A stretch of DNA of 64,000 nucleotides, taken from assembly GCA_964016885.1 (NCBI GenBank), contig OZ024741.1, positions 337,590,001 through 337,654,000 on the forward strand. Direction: 5' to 3'. The translations under genes and the position numbers were made by a program. The notes beneath the pieces were generated by a model. That model saw nothing but the letters and a program-made list of their open reading frames with translations, did no database searches and was not told the DNA's origin. Below are positions 50,085-61,855 of this stretch, piece by piece; positions within the stretch are counted from its first letter, which is position 1, and each line of letters starts with the position of its first letter. Source of the DNA: Eledone cirrhosa. Taxonomy: Eukaryota.

Positions 50085-50510
50085 TTATTGTGTACAGTGC
50101 TCAAGTACACTACAGCTCATCAAAGGTGTATGTATAGTATATAGAATAATGTACAAAAGTCAGGGAAGTGAACAGTGTATAAGTCATGATATACACACAG
50201 ACACACACTCACACATGTATGGAAGAGGAATATTAGGTGTAGAGTTGGCGAAATTCGGGAAGCATGGAAGTTTTAAAGGATGCAGTGTCCTGACAGCTAA
50301 CAACTGATGCAGGTAGTTTGTTCCATACTTCAACAACTCTGAGCATGAAAAAATGTTTCTCAAATTCATGTGAGCAGTGCTGTTTTCTGATTTTGTAAGC
50401 ATGTCCAGAGGTGTTAGACATATGGAATTCAAAAAGGTGCTTAGGGTTGTTGTTGGAAAGATGGTTAATAATGTTGTTAGTGTCTAGCGAGTCAGTTGCC
50501 AGATATCGGG
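50085..50510 (-). mobile_element. CR1 3' fragment
   Basis: Homologous to 7884-8300; SGHAYKIRK..FFMLRVVEVWNKLP. Confidence 0.88.
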
Positions 50511-50722
50511 AGCAAAATTAGTAGGACATCAGCCAATAGGTCTTATTTAGTAATAGTTATCCCCCTTTATGTTTTAAGTTAAAATCCTGTCTAGGTTGAA
50601 TTGTTTGTCATCTTTCCAGGATTGATAAAATAAAGCACAGATAAAATAATAGGGCTGATTTCTATTCCTATAAACCATGCTAGAGGTGAATATAATTAAA
50701 ATAGAAGTGTAAACAAGCAGTT

Positions 50723-50990
50723 TAGAGATGCATGGTGTAGTGGTAGGTGTGTTGGACTAATATTCATAATGACGTGGGTTCAATTTTTGGACTGGGTTGT
50801 GTATTGTGTTCTTGAGGCAAAACATTTCATTTCACATTGCTCCAGTATACTCAGCTGAAAATGAATACCAGCAATAGGTGGGAATTTAACCCTTGCCATG
50901 GACTAGCATCTTGTCCAGGGGGAAGTCTTATAATTTCTGTCGCTTAACGCCATGGATAAGCACTGGCCTGATGTTTCTCCTGGTTCAAGA
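50723..50990 (+). mobile_element. SINE family B
   Basis: GCATGGTGTAGTGGTAGG...GGTTCAAT head and the conserved body. Confidence 0.7.
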
Positions 50991-51477
50991 CAGATAGTAG
51001 ACTTTTCTAAACAAACTGTTTGACTTATGAAACGTTGGAAGAATTTGTAATTTGAAATTGTGAGCGTCCCAATACAGAAATAATCATAACAACTGTTGAT
51101 CACTATAAATAATAGTTGAGAAAACCAAGTAAAATATACATGGAGATGGAAAAATAGTAGACAGAGGTGTCTTGTGAGGAAACAAACCTTAAGGGCCTCT
51201 ATCCATCTCCAGGGGTATCTTACCTGATTTTCTCAACCGACAGGAGACCCAGGGATAGACCCCAAGCAAGATGGTTGGATAACTCCATGAGCTTGGCTGA
51301 CCTCGCTTGGGGATCCAGCCGGATTAGTTGGAGATGGCTGCTTCTGATAGGACCTGATAGCCCCGACAACAGTCTCAAGAATAAGCAGAAGAAGAAAACT
51401 GGAAACAAAAGATGGAAGGTTAAGTGTATTATTTGTGATAAAATAGTATAATGGTATAATATTTATGATAAAACACT

Positions 51478-53695
51478 CAAAACCTCCAAAGACCCCGAAA
51501 CTGCCTACACCTCCTAAACCCCGAAACCACCTAAACACCGGAAACCATGAAGCTGCCTAAACCCGTGAAAACCCCCAGAACGCCTGAAACAGCCTAAACC
51601 CTCAAAAGCCCCGAAACAGCCCAAAGCACCTGAAACCACCTAAAACCCTTAAAACCCCTAAACCACCAAAACTGCCTAAATCCCCTAAACCCCCGGAAAA
51701 ATGTCAAAACACCAAATACCAAACACCGAAACCTCCTAAACCCCCAGAAAACACCCAAAATCCCCAAAACCGCCTAAACCACCTGAAACCGCCTAAACCA
51801 CCCGAAAACGCCTAAACCACCCGAAACCGCTTAAACCCCCGGAAACCGTCAAAACCCCTGAAAACTCAAAACCACCGAAACCGCCTAAACCGCTGAAAAC
51901 CACCTAAAACCCCGAAACCCCCGAAACCCCCAAAACACCCGAAACCGCCTAACCCCACCGAAATCCCCGAACCTCCCGAAACCGCCAAACCCCCGGAAAC
52001 CCTCAAAACCTCCGAAACCGCCTAAATCCCCGAAACACACCAAACACCCGAAACCCCCAAAACTTCCGAAACCGCCTAAACACCCCCGCCACCCCGAAAC
52101 AGCCTAAGCCTCCCGAAACCCCTAAAACCTCCGAAATCCCCCACCCCCCCCCGAAGCCCTTGCAATCACTTTAATACCCGAAGACCTCAAAACTGCCTGA
52201 ACTGCCTAAACCACCCGAAACCCCCGGAAGCCGTCAAAACACCCGAAAGCACCTAAACCCCCAAAACCCCCAAAACTCCCGAAACCGCCTACACCCCCGA
52301 AACTGCTACCTACCCCCTCCCCAAATCCTCAAAACCTCCCGGAAACCGTCTAAACCGCCCGAAACCGCTAAAACACCCGAAACCGCCTAAACTACCGGAA
52401 ACCCCCAAAACCCCCAATACGCCTAAATCCCCTAAAGCCCCCGAAACCGCCTAAATCACCAAAACCCCCCGAAACCCCTGAAACCGCCTAAACCCCCGAA
52501 ACCGCCTAAACCCCCGAAACCCCCGAAATCCCCGAAACCTCTTGAATCGCCTAAACCCCCGAAACCGCCTAACCCGCCTAAACCCCCGGAACCGCCTAAA
52601 CCGCCTAAACCCCCGAAACCCTAAACCCCCTAAACCGCCTAAACCTTTGAAAACGCCTAACCCCTGAAACCCCCGAAGCCGCCTAAAGCCCCCGAAACCC
52701 ACCGAAACCACCTAAATCCCCCGAAACCCCGAAACCCCCGAAACCCCCAAAACCCCCCGAAACCGCCGAAATCCCCCGAAACCCCCAAAACCTACCGAAA
52801 CCACCTAAACCCCCAAACCCCCGAAATGGCCTAAATCCCCGAAACCGCCTAAACCCCCCGAAACCCCCAAAACCCACTGAAACCACCTAAATCCCCCGAA
52901 ACTCTGAAACCGCCAAACCCCCCCCCTCCCCCCAAGAGTGCCTAAATCCCCTAAACCGCCTAAATCCCCCGAAACCCCGAAACCCCCGAAACCCCCCGAA
53001 ATTCCGAACCAACCAAACCCTCCGAAACCGCCTAAATCCCCCGAAACCCCTAAAACCCACCGAAACCACCGAAATCCCCCGAAACCCCGAAACCCCCGAA
53101 ACCCCCAAAACCCCCCGAAATTCCGAACCCCCCAAACTCCCCGAAACTGCCTAAATCCCCCGAAACCCCCCGAAACCCACCGAAACTACCTAAACCCCCA
53201 AACCCCCGAAATGGCCTAAATCCCCCGAAATGGCCTAAATCCCCCGAAACCGCCTAAACCGCCGAAACCGCCTAAACCCGCCGAAACCCCCAAAACCCAC
53301 CGAAACCACCTAAACCCCCCGAAACCCCGAAACCGACAATGGCGCCTAAATCCCCTAAACCGCCTAAAGCCCCCGAAACCCACAGAAACCACCTAAATCC
53401 CCCGAAACCCCGAAACCCCCGAAATCCCCAAAACCCCCCGAAATTCCGAACCCCCCAAATCCCCCGAAATCGCCTAAATCCCCCGAAACCCCCAAAACCC
53501 ACCGAAACCACCTAAACCCCCAAAACCCCCTGAAACCCCCAAACCCCCGAAATCGTCTAAATCCCCCGAAACCGCCTAAACCCCCAAAACCCACCGAAAC
53601 CACCTAAACACCCCGAAACCCCGAAACCCCTGAAACCGCCAAAACCCCCAAAAATGCCTAAATCCCCTAAACCACCTAAACCTCCGAAGACCCCT
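51478..53695. repeat. 2.2-kb C/A-rich satellite of 8-10-nt units (CCGAAAC / CCTAAAC / CCGCCTAAA)
   Basis: Direct; strong strand asymmetry; higher-order blocks such as CCCCCGAAATTCCGAAC three times. Confidence 0.95.
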
Positions 53696-53729
53696 GTTTC
53701 CAGACTTTCGAGCCTTTCGGGGGTTTCTG

Positions 53730-54040
53730 GGAGGGTCTACTCCTGGGTCTCCTGTCGGTTGATTTTACCTGTAAAATTTGTCCCACGATTCTTTCGTGAG
53801 ACATTCCAACCACACGTCCATATTATTAAACCCGTGATCTCTCAATTCGGAGAAGTAGCAACTCTACCTGGAGTGATTCTCTGATCTCTGAGTTATGCAC
53901 CTCATTTTTTCTGATTACTGAATGTTGAAGTTGGCGCTTAACTACACCAGCTCCTGCAATTCTTAATTCATCCTCCTGCCTTCCATCACTTGTGAACACG
54001 GCCCCGAGATACTTCAACTTCTCTACCTGCTTCTGTTTCA
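53730..54040 (-). mobile_element. RTE-type fragment (same family as 51230-51400 on +)
   Basis: QVEKLKYLGAVFTSDGR...NSEIRESLQVELLLLRIERS. Confidence 0.8.
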
Positions 54041-54261
54041 ATAAAGAATGGAATGATCATGAGTGGAATGCCTGTGATCATAGGCTTGCTCCATGAGAGT
54101 TGACCTGGGGCTAAACAACAACAGCGAATAAACAACCCTCGTTACTTGCAAGTCAGAAGAAATGGAGAAATGTATATGTGCGTATGTGAATATTTATATA
54201 TATATGTGAATGTATGCTTGCGCATATGGCTGCATGAATGTTTATGGTCCAGACGAGATAT

Positions 54262-55660
54262 CACTATCGAAACCAAGGGTATCTGACTTGTGCCGTCTCC
54301 TCTTTGCTTTATGCTTGTGAAACGTGGGTCACATACAGAAAGCACCTCAAGGAACTGGAGATATTTCACCAACAATCTCTTCGTAAGTCACTTCGGTGCA
54401 ATGGAAAATGTTCGTCAGTGATTTGGAAGTTCTCAAACAGAGCAGGTGCGTGACTATAGCGGGCATGATCTTTCGGCATCGGTTGAGGTGGTGCGGACAC
54501 GTGGTCCGGATGTCTGATGATCGTATTCCAAAGCAACTTCTCTATGGAGAACTGTGTGAAGGAAGGCGACCACCACACAAACCAAACATGTGGTACCGGG
54601 ACTGTGCAGGGCACCTTGGCTTGTGCTGGAATTTTAGCTGACGAATGGGAGAAAATGGCTGAGGAGCTCGTGAAGTGGAGACGTTTTATCAAGTCAGGTA
54701 GTGAACACTTTGAAACTCGTCGGAGAGAACACCTAACACTGAAAAGTAAGGTAAGGAAAGGAGACTGTTCTGAACTGCCTGCTGTTGAACATCATCTGGT
54801 TTGCCAGCATTGTGGTCGAGTCTGCCTGAGCAAAGCTGGTTTGACTAGACACGAAAAAAGTCATATCAGTAAACATCATGTAGATTATGATCTGAAAAGG
54901 TGTAAGAAATGTGGCAAGGAATGTGCTAGCATGGGAGATCTCAAAAGACACATGAAAACACACAGCCAGAACAAAGCAATGGAAAGTGCCGGAGGAGCCT
55001 ACAGTTGCCATATATGTGCCAGAGGATGCAAGTCTTTGGCTGTATGGTAATGAGGAATCCTTGTTGGATAGTTTATCAATATAGACGTGAGGGAAAGTCC
55101 CTCGTCTATTTACCATTTTCGTAAGTGAGAGGATAGGTACTCCATAGAATTATAACAAGTGAGTGGGTGTGTGTGTAGACAAGATAAAAACCACAACGAG
55201 AGTTCTATTCAACAATGTAAATAAGGATGATGTTTATTTTGTCTATTATGTGTCTGTTATATTACAAATGAAACAACATACCAATATAGACGTGATCAGT
55301 TGAAATGAAGGCAACGTATTACAATTGTCGTGGGTCACCAATGTAACGCCCACGTTATGTGACGGGACCAGTAAAGTGAAATCAGTTATGAGCCAGTGCT
55401 CATAACTGTAGCTTCGGCATAGGAGTTCAGTGTATTGACATCTGTGTGATCTCGTGGTCCAAAGTCTGTCTGCTGTTTTGTGGTACAAAGGCCGTCTGCT
55501 GTTTGCTGTCTCCGTGGCTTGTCTGAGAAAGTAATACTGCTGCTTACTTAAATAGTGTTCTCAACCAGGGGGAGACAACTAGGCCTGGTCCATTATCCGA
55601 CAGGGGAGCGTAAGGCGTCTTACTACAGCTGGTTTAAAGAGCCACATTCGTGCCTCACAT
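54262..55660 (+). mobile_element. RTE-clade LINE 3' part with three C-terminal C2H2 zinc fingers (the third is interrupted)
   Basis: SLLYACETW..FHQQSLR, RLRWCGHVVRMSDDRIPKQLLYGEL, then CQHC..H..H, CKKC..H..H and CHICARGCKSLA|GLKSHIRASH. Confidence 0.85.
55041..55627 (-). mobile_element. Probable solo LTR (~587 bp)
   Basis: TGTATGGTAA...TTACTACA termini; it interrupts the RTE reading frame; GCTG on both sides. Orientation is inferred from - strand TATTTAA and AATAAA. Confidence 0.65.
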
Positions 55661-56109
55661 TTTTTAGCATTTTATCGGGCGATGACAATGCTCGAACACG
55701 AGTTTGCAGCCATCATATATATATATGTGAATGCATGCTTGCGCACATGTATGTGATTATGTATACGTATGTGAATATGCGTGTACATGTAAATATGTGT
55801 GTGTGTGTGTGTCTGCATACATGTATGTGTACCTGAAAATGTTTATGTATGTATATGTATATGTATGTATATGTATAAGTTTGTGTATGACTATGCATGT
55901 ATGTGTATGTGTATGTATGTGTATGGGTGTATTTATCTGTAGTTCCATCTCCCAGAACCAGCTGTGTCATTAATGTATAAGTTGATATGCCCCCCACCCA
56001 CCTCTACACACAGATCCCTCCCCACTCCAGTAGCGTACATATCTGTTTTCTGTCAGTTGAGTACGACCATGCTGTAGCAGTGATTTTCAGAGAATTTTGT
56101 AAATTATAT

Positions 56110-56482
56110 CATCCCACCACCACGATGGTGACAACGACGACGACGATGACGACGGCGACCACCACCACCTCCAATACACACCACCACCACTACCACCACC
56201 ACCACTACACACCACCACCACCACACACACCACCACCAATGCACACACCAACACTACTATCAACACCACTATTACCACCTACACTACAGACACACCACCA
56301 CCACCATCATCACCTCCATCACCACCACTACATGCACCACCACGACCACTACACACACCACCATCACCACCACCACTACACACACCACCATCACCACCAC
56401 CACTACACACACCACCACCAACACCACTACACACACAACCATCCCCACCACCACTACACACACCACCATCACCACCACCACT
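56110..56482. repeat. (CAC)n-rich tract with ~27-bp higher-order unit
   Basis: CACCACTACACACACCACCATCACCAC is repeated. Confidence 0.9.
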
Positions 56483-57290
56483 CTACTCTAGTACCTATAT
56501 ATTTTACCAATGTCTAGTTGTCAAATAGCGAAGTTAGGCTTTTTGTTATTATAACACCTTATATATTTCTTTTAATTTTATAAGGAATCATTTTTTTTTT
56601 AAAGCTTCAAATGTAAAGATTTTTATTTAACGGGAAGATGTGCATATTCCCGGCTCCCAACCATAAGATAGAGGAGGTGTAGAATAAACAGGGAGGTGGG
56701 GGTGAAAAATCGCTAATTTTTCTAGATTGTCTCCCTTGATTTTTTAAAACTCAGAATTGTCATTTAGTTTGCATATTGAGACCCCAACTCATTCTATTTA
56801 TTTTATAACCTATGGGATTTCTAGTAATGTTCTTTTTTGCCATGTAAATATAGTGTTTTATAATGTCTAGAGAAAATCAATTGTCGCAGGAATGCTACCA
56901 CTTAAAATAAAATTTAATCGGAGATAAATTAACAAAATTTAATGCTTAGAAGGGTTGTAATATGAGCGGAGTGGAAAAAATCTGAAAAGTTTATAAATGG
57001 TGGTGGGGGTGAGACAATTATTCGAGACTCGTGAGTAAGTGTTGTATAGCTGGGTGGACTTATCTGAGAAAATCATCCCAAAACATAAATAATTGCTTCA
57101 ATCTGGTGTCTGACTCTTTTCTTCTTTCGTTGCTTGATTCTTTTCTCATTTCCTTCCTTCTTTTTTTTTTTTGGGGGGGGGGGGGGGGTTCTCTTTAAGA
57201 GTTTTGGTTTGTTTTGTTTTGTTTTGTTTTTGTATAAACATCTTTGTAAAATAAAAGAGTTACCTTATTGCAAAAAATAAATCTAAAAAA

Positions 57291-58570
57291 ATAATTGTTT
57301 CTACTTTTGGCACAAGGCCAGCAATTACTCAGTGTATTACTGGTTCTTTATTTTATCGACCCCGTAAGGATGAAAGGCAAAGTTAACCTCGGCGGGATTT
57401 GAACTCAGAATGGCAAGGGCCGTAACTCTATACGTCAAAGTATGGCGTCCGACCCTCTACCGATACTGCCAATCCACCGCCCGTCTAAAAAAATAATACC
57501 AGCAATAATTTTGTAAAAGTTGCCTCCCTTACATGGAGAATATCGTGCGTCATTTTTCTAATACAATGGTAGGCTGAAAATGTTGGAAAATATATCTCAT
57601 TTGGTCGTTCCATGAGAGTGTCTTGGTCAGCATATGAACTTTTCAGCCAACCCTCGTAATAATTTCTAATTTAGGATCAAGGCTAGCAATTCGGGAGGGG
57701 GAAGAAAGGAAAGTCGATAATATTGATCGCCAATACTTGATTGATGCTTTATTTCATCAACCTCGGAAGGATTAAAGTTGAGGTAGAGCCGGGTTTGAAA
57801 TTAGAATGGTAGAGTGTTTAAAATAATTGTTTCTACTATTGGCACAAGGCCAGCAATTGCCCAGTACATTACTGGTGCTTTATTTTATCGACCCCGTAAG
57901 GATGAAAGGCAAAGTTGACCTCGGCGGGATTTGAACTCAGAATGGCAAGGGCCGTAACTCTGTGCTTCAATAATAATAATTGTTTCTACTTTTGACACAA
58001 GGCCAGCAATTACTCAGTACATTACTGGTACTTTATTTTATCGACCCCGTAAGGATGAAAGGCAAAGTTAACCTCAATGAAAATTATTGTGTACAGTGAT
58101 CACGTGCACTACAACTCATCGAAAGTGTATGTATAGTACATAGAATAATTGTTCCTACTTTTTGCACAAGGCCAGCAATTATCCCAGTGCATAACTAGTA
58201 CTTTATTTTATCGACTCCATAAGGATGAAAGGGAAAGTTAACCTCGGCGGGATTTGAACTCAGACCGTAAAGAGCCGTAACTCTGTGCTGCACAATCATG
58301 GCCTCCGACCCTCTATCGATACTGCCAATCCACCAATAATGTACAAATGTCAGGAAAGTGAACAGTATATGAATCATGATATACACACAGACACACACAC
58401 ATACGTGCGTGTGTGTGGAAGGGGAATATCAGGTGTAGTGTAGGCGAATTTCAGCAAGCAGTGTCCTAACTGCTAACAACTGATGCAGGTAGTTTGTTCA
58501 GTAACTCTGAGCGCGAAAAAATGTTTCCGAAAATCATGGGAGCTGTGCTGCCAGACGTCGGAGCTTTAAT
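57291..58570 (-). mobile_element. Nest of family A SINEs (57291-57482, 57822-57969, 57972-58075, 58150-58334) and a split CR1 3' end (58080-58149 plus 58335-58570)
   Basis: Homology to other copies; AATAAT duplicated around the SINE inside the CR1. Confidence 0.88.
57562..57658. mobile_element. Tiny degenerate mariner-type MITE
   Basis: TACAATGGTAGGCTGAAAA versus TTTTCAGCCAACCCTCGTA (imperfect TIRs). Confidence 0.5.
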
Positions 58571-58727
58571 GTATCCATATTTTAAACCCAATGCTGCAAA
58601 AAAAGAAGATTTAGTACAACACAGTGTGTGAGAAGGTTGGATCTTTGAATAATAGGTACAACACATGTTTGCCAGCTGAATAAACTGCAGTAATTGGAAA
58701 TAAAGTGCCTTGCTCAAGGATGCAATA

Positions 58728-59088
58728 CAGATGGTGGATGGGTGCTACACGAGAATGCTGAGGATGGCTCTGAACATTAATCAGTATACACTGAGGATGA
58801 AAAACTCAGAGCTATATGGGAGCCTCCCAAAAGTCAGCTCAAAAGTGACACAGAGGAGACTGTGGTTAGCTGGACATGCTCACCGACATCCAGAGTTGAC
58901 ATTGCACTCAATGCTCCTGTGGCAGCCCCTACATGGACACACTGGAAGAGGAAGACCAAGGTTAACGTATCTTGATGTCCTAAGGACAGACACTGGTCTG
59001 TTGGAGACGCAGGACATGGCAGAGATAATGAGGAACAGAGACCGCTGGAGAGAACTTATCCATGGATCTCGGGAATTTTACCCGCCCT

Positions 59089-59090
<2 letters not shown>
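58728..59090 (+). mobile_element. Non-LTR (RTE/RTEX-like) ORF 3' fragment
   Basis: DGCYTRMLRMALNI...RRLWLAGHAHRH...LLWQP..GRGRPRLTY...RDRW; followed by (TA)n(GA)n. Confidence 0.8.
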
Positions 59091-59144
<54 letters not shown>

Positions 59145-59147
59145 GAG

Positions 59148-59271
<124 letters not shown>

Positions 59272-59289
59272 TGTGCTTCGTAGAATCGA

Positions 59290-59384
59290 GACGTATCCGA
59301 GGACCGCGCGATTTCAGAGTCACGTTTGATCACCACATCGATCGTGCCTCGAGCTGGTCGCCCGAGAAACAATTGTAATATGTC
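59290..59384 (+). ncRNA. Type-I hammerhead-like fold with long stem II (core CCGAGGA)
   Basis: Stem I GACGUAU/AUAUGUC; core C(C)GAGGA...GAAAC; palindromic stem III ACAAUUGU; GUA triplet; AATAAA follows. Confidence 0.6.
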
Positions 59385-59448
59385 CAATAAATTCTTTTCG
59401 TCGCAACACTGATTCTCTCTTTTCTGTGATATATATATACATATATGT

Positions 59449-60727
<1,279 letters not shown>

Positions 60728-61113
60728 ACGATATATTAACAAATGGAAACTATATTTATAAAACCATATTTATTTCATTATACATATTTCAAGGACACCA
60801 AGTTAAATTATGGTGTGCTTTCATCAGATAAAATATAATATAGATCAGTTTTATAAATAAATATTGACATACCCTTAAAGAATGCGATATATATACAGTG
60901 GCGGACTATGTCTAAAAATATTGGTTGCCAGATGAAGCGGGGCCCACCTACATACATAGTGCTATCATTTAATTTTTATAATGAATAAATAACATTTTCG
61001 AAAGATACATAAGTGGAAACAAAACAGTGCAATCAAATTTTTGCGGAAAAATATCTTACCTTCTCCAATAAAAAATATGTATTTTGCGAAATCCAGAGAC
61101 TTTCAAAAATACC

Positions 61114-61555
61114 AGAAGTTGACCCTAAATATTACTAATAGCTCTAGGAAAGCCATGGACGACTCCACATCTTTTTAACTTTGATTTTGAAAGTAGGTTT
61201 ATAATTATCAATTTTCAATATACTTTTGTAGCTGTCTTGGTGGCCTAGTTGGAGGAATCGTAGCTGGTGGGATCGTGGTCTGAATTTCGATCCTGGTTGC
61301 AAGTAGGGTCCTCAGTAAACCGTTTCAGTTTTTTTTCTTGTAAAATAAAAACTGAAAAAAGAGATTACATGACCTCTTGACCAGGATTGAACCCAAGGCC
61401 AGGATCTCCACCGTCTCTAGTACCTACCGCTAGGCCACAGAGACAACTACGAAAATCTTATGAAAATTTATATTTATAAACCTACTTTCAAAATTTTCAA
61501 AACAAAGTGTTCATGTCTTTCTTAAAGTTATTGTTCCTACTTAAGGTCGACTTCT
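61114..61555. repeat. Diverged foldback (inverted arms of ~190 bp) with tRNA-like inner segments
   Basis: 61114-61310 versus 61371-61555, e.g. TTTGAAAGTAGGTTTATAA / TTATAAACCTACTTTCAAA. Confidence 0.75.
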
Positions 61556-61855
61556 AAATCATTTGGGTGTTCCATAAACTACATCCTCGTTTTGTTTCAC
61601 ATCTATCTAGACTATATTGTAACCTGTAATCCATGTTTCATTTCTGTTGCACCTCATTTCTCCACCTCCCCCTCTCTCTCTCTGTGATATTTGAATCTAC
61701 TATCATTTGGGCTTACTTTATTCATATATATATGTTTTTGCATGTCAGATTCAAACTTACATTGATTGGCATTATATATATATATTATTTGTTATATATA
61801 TATATGTTTTTGTATGTCAGTAAGATTCAAACTTACAATGATTGGCATTATACAT

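Noticed and set aside
51478-53695. True telomere, or annotated Pro-Lys/Gly-Phe CDS
   Set aside because: No TTAGGG array, internal position, and frames break every 60-90 codons; kept only as a satellite finding.
54517-55050. Host C2H2 zinc-finger gene
   Set aside because: Contiguous with a frameshifted RTE RT C-terminus, no TGEKP linkers, no splice signals.
56985-57037. DNA-transposon terminus (GAGACAATTATTCGAGACTCGTGAGTA)
   Set aside because: It looks TIR-like, but no convincing partner end or target duplication was found.
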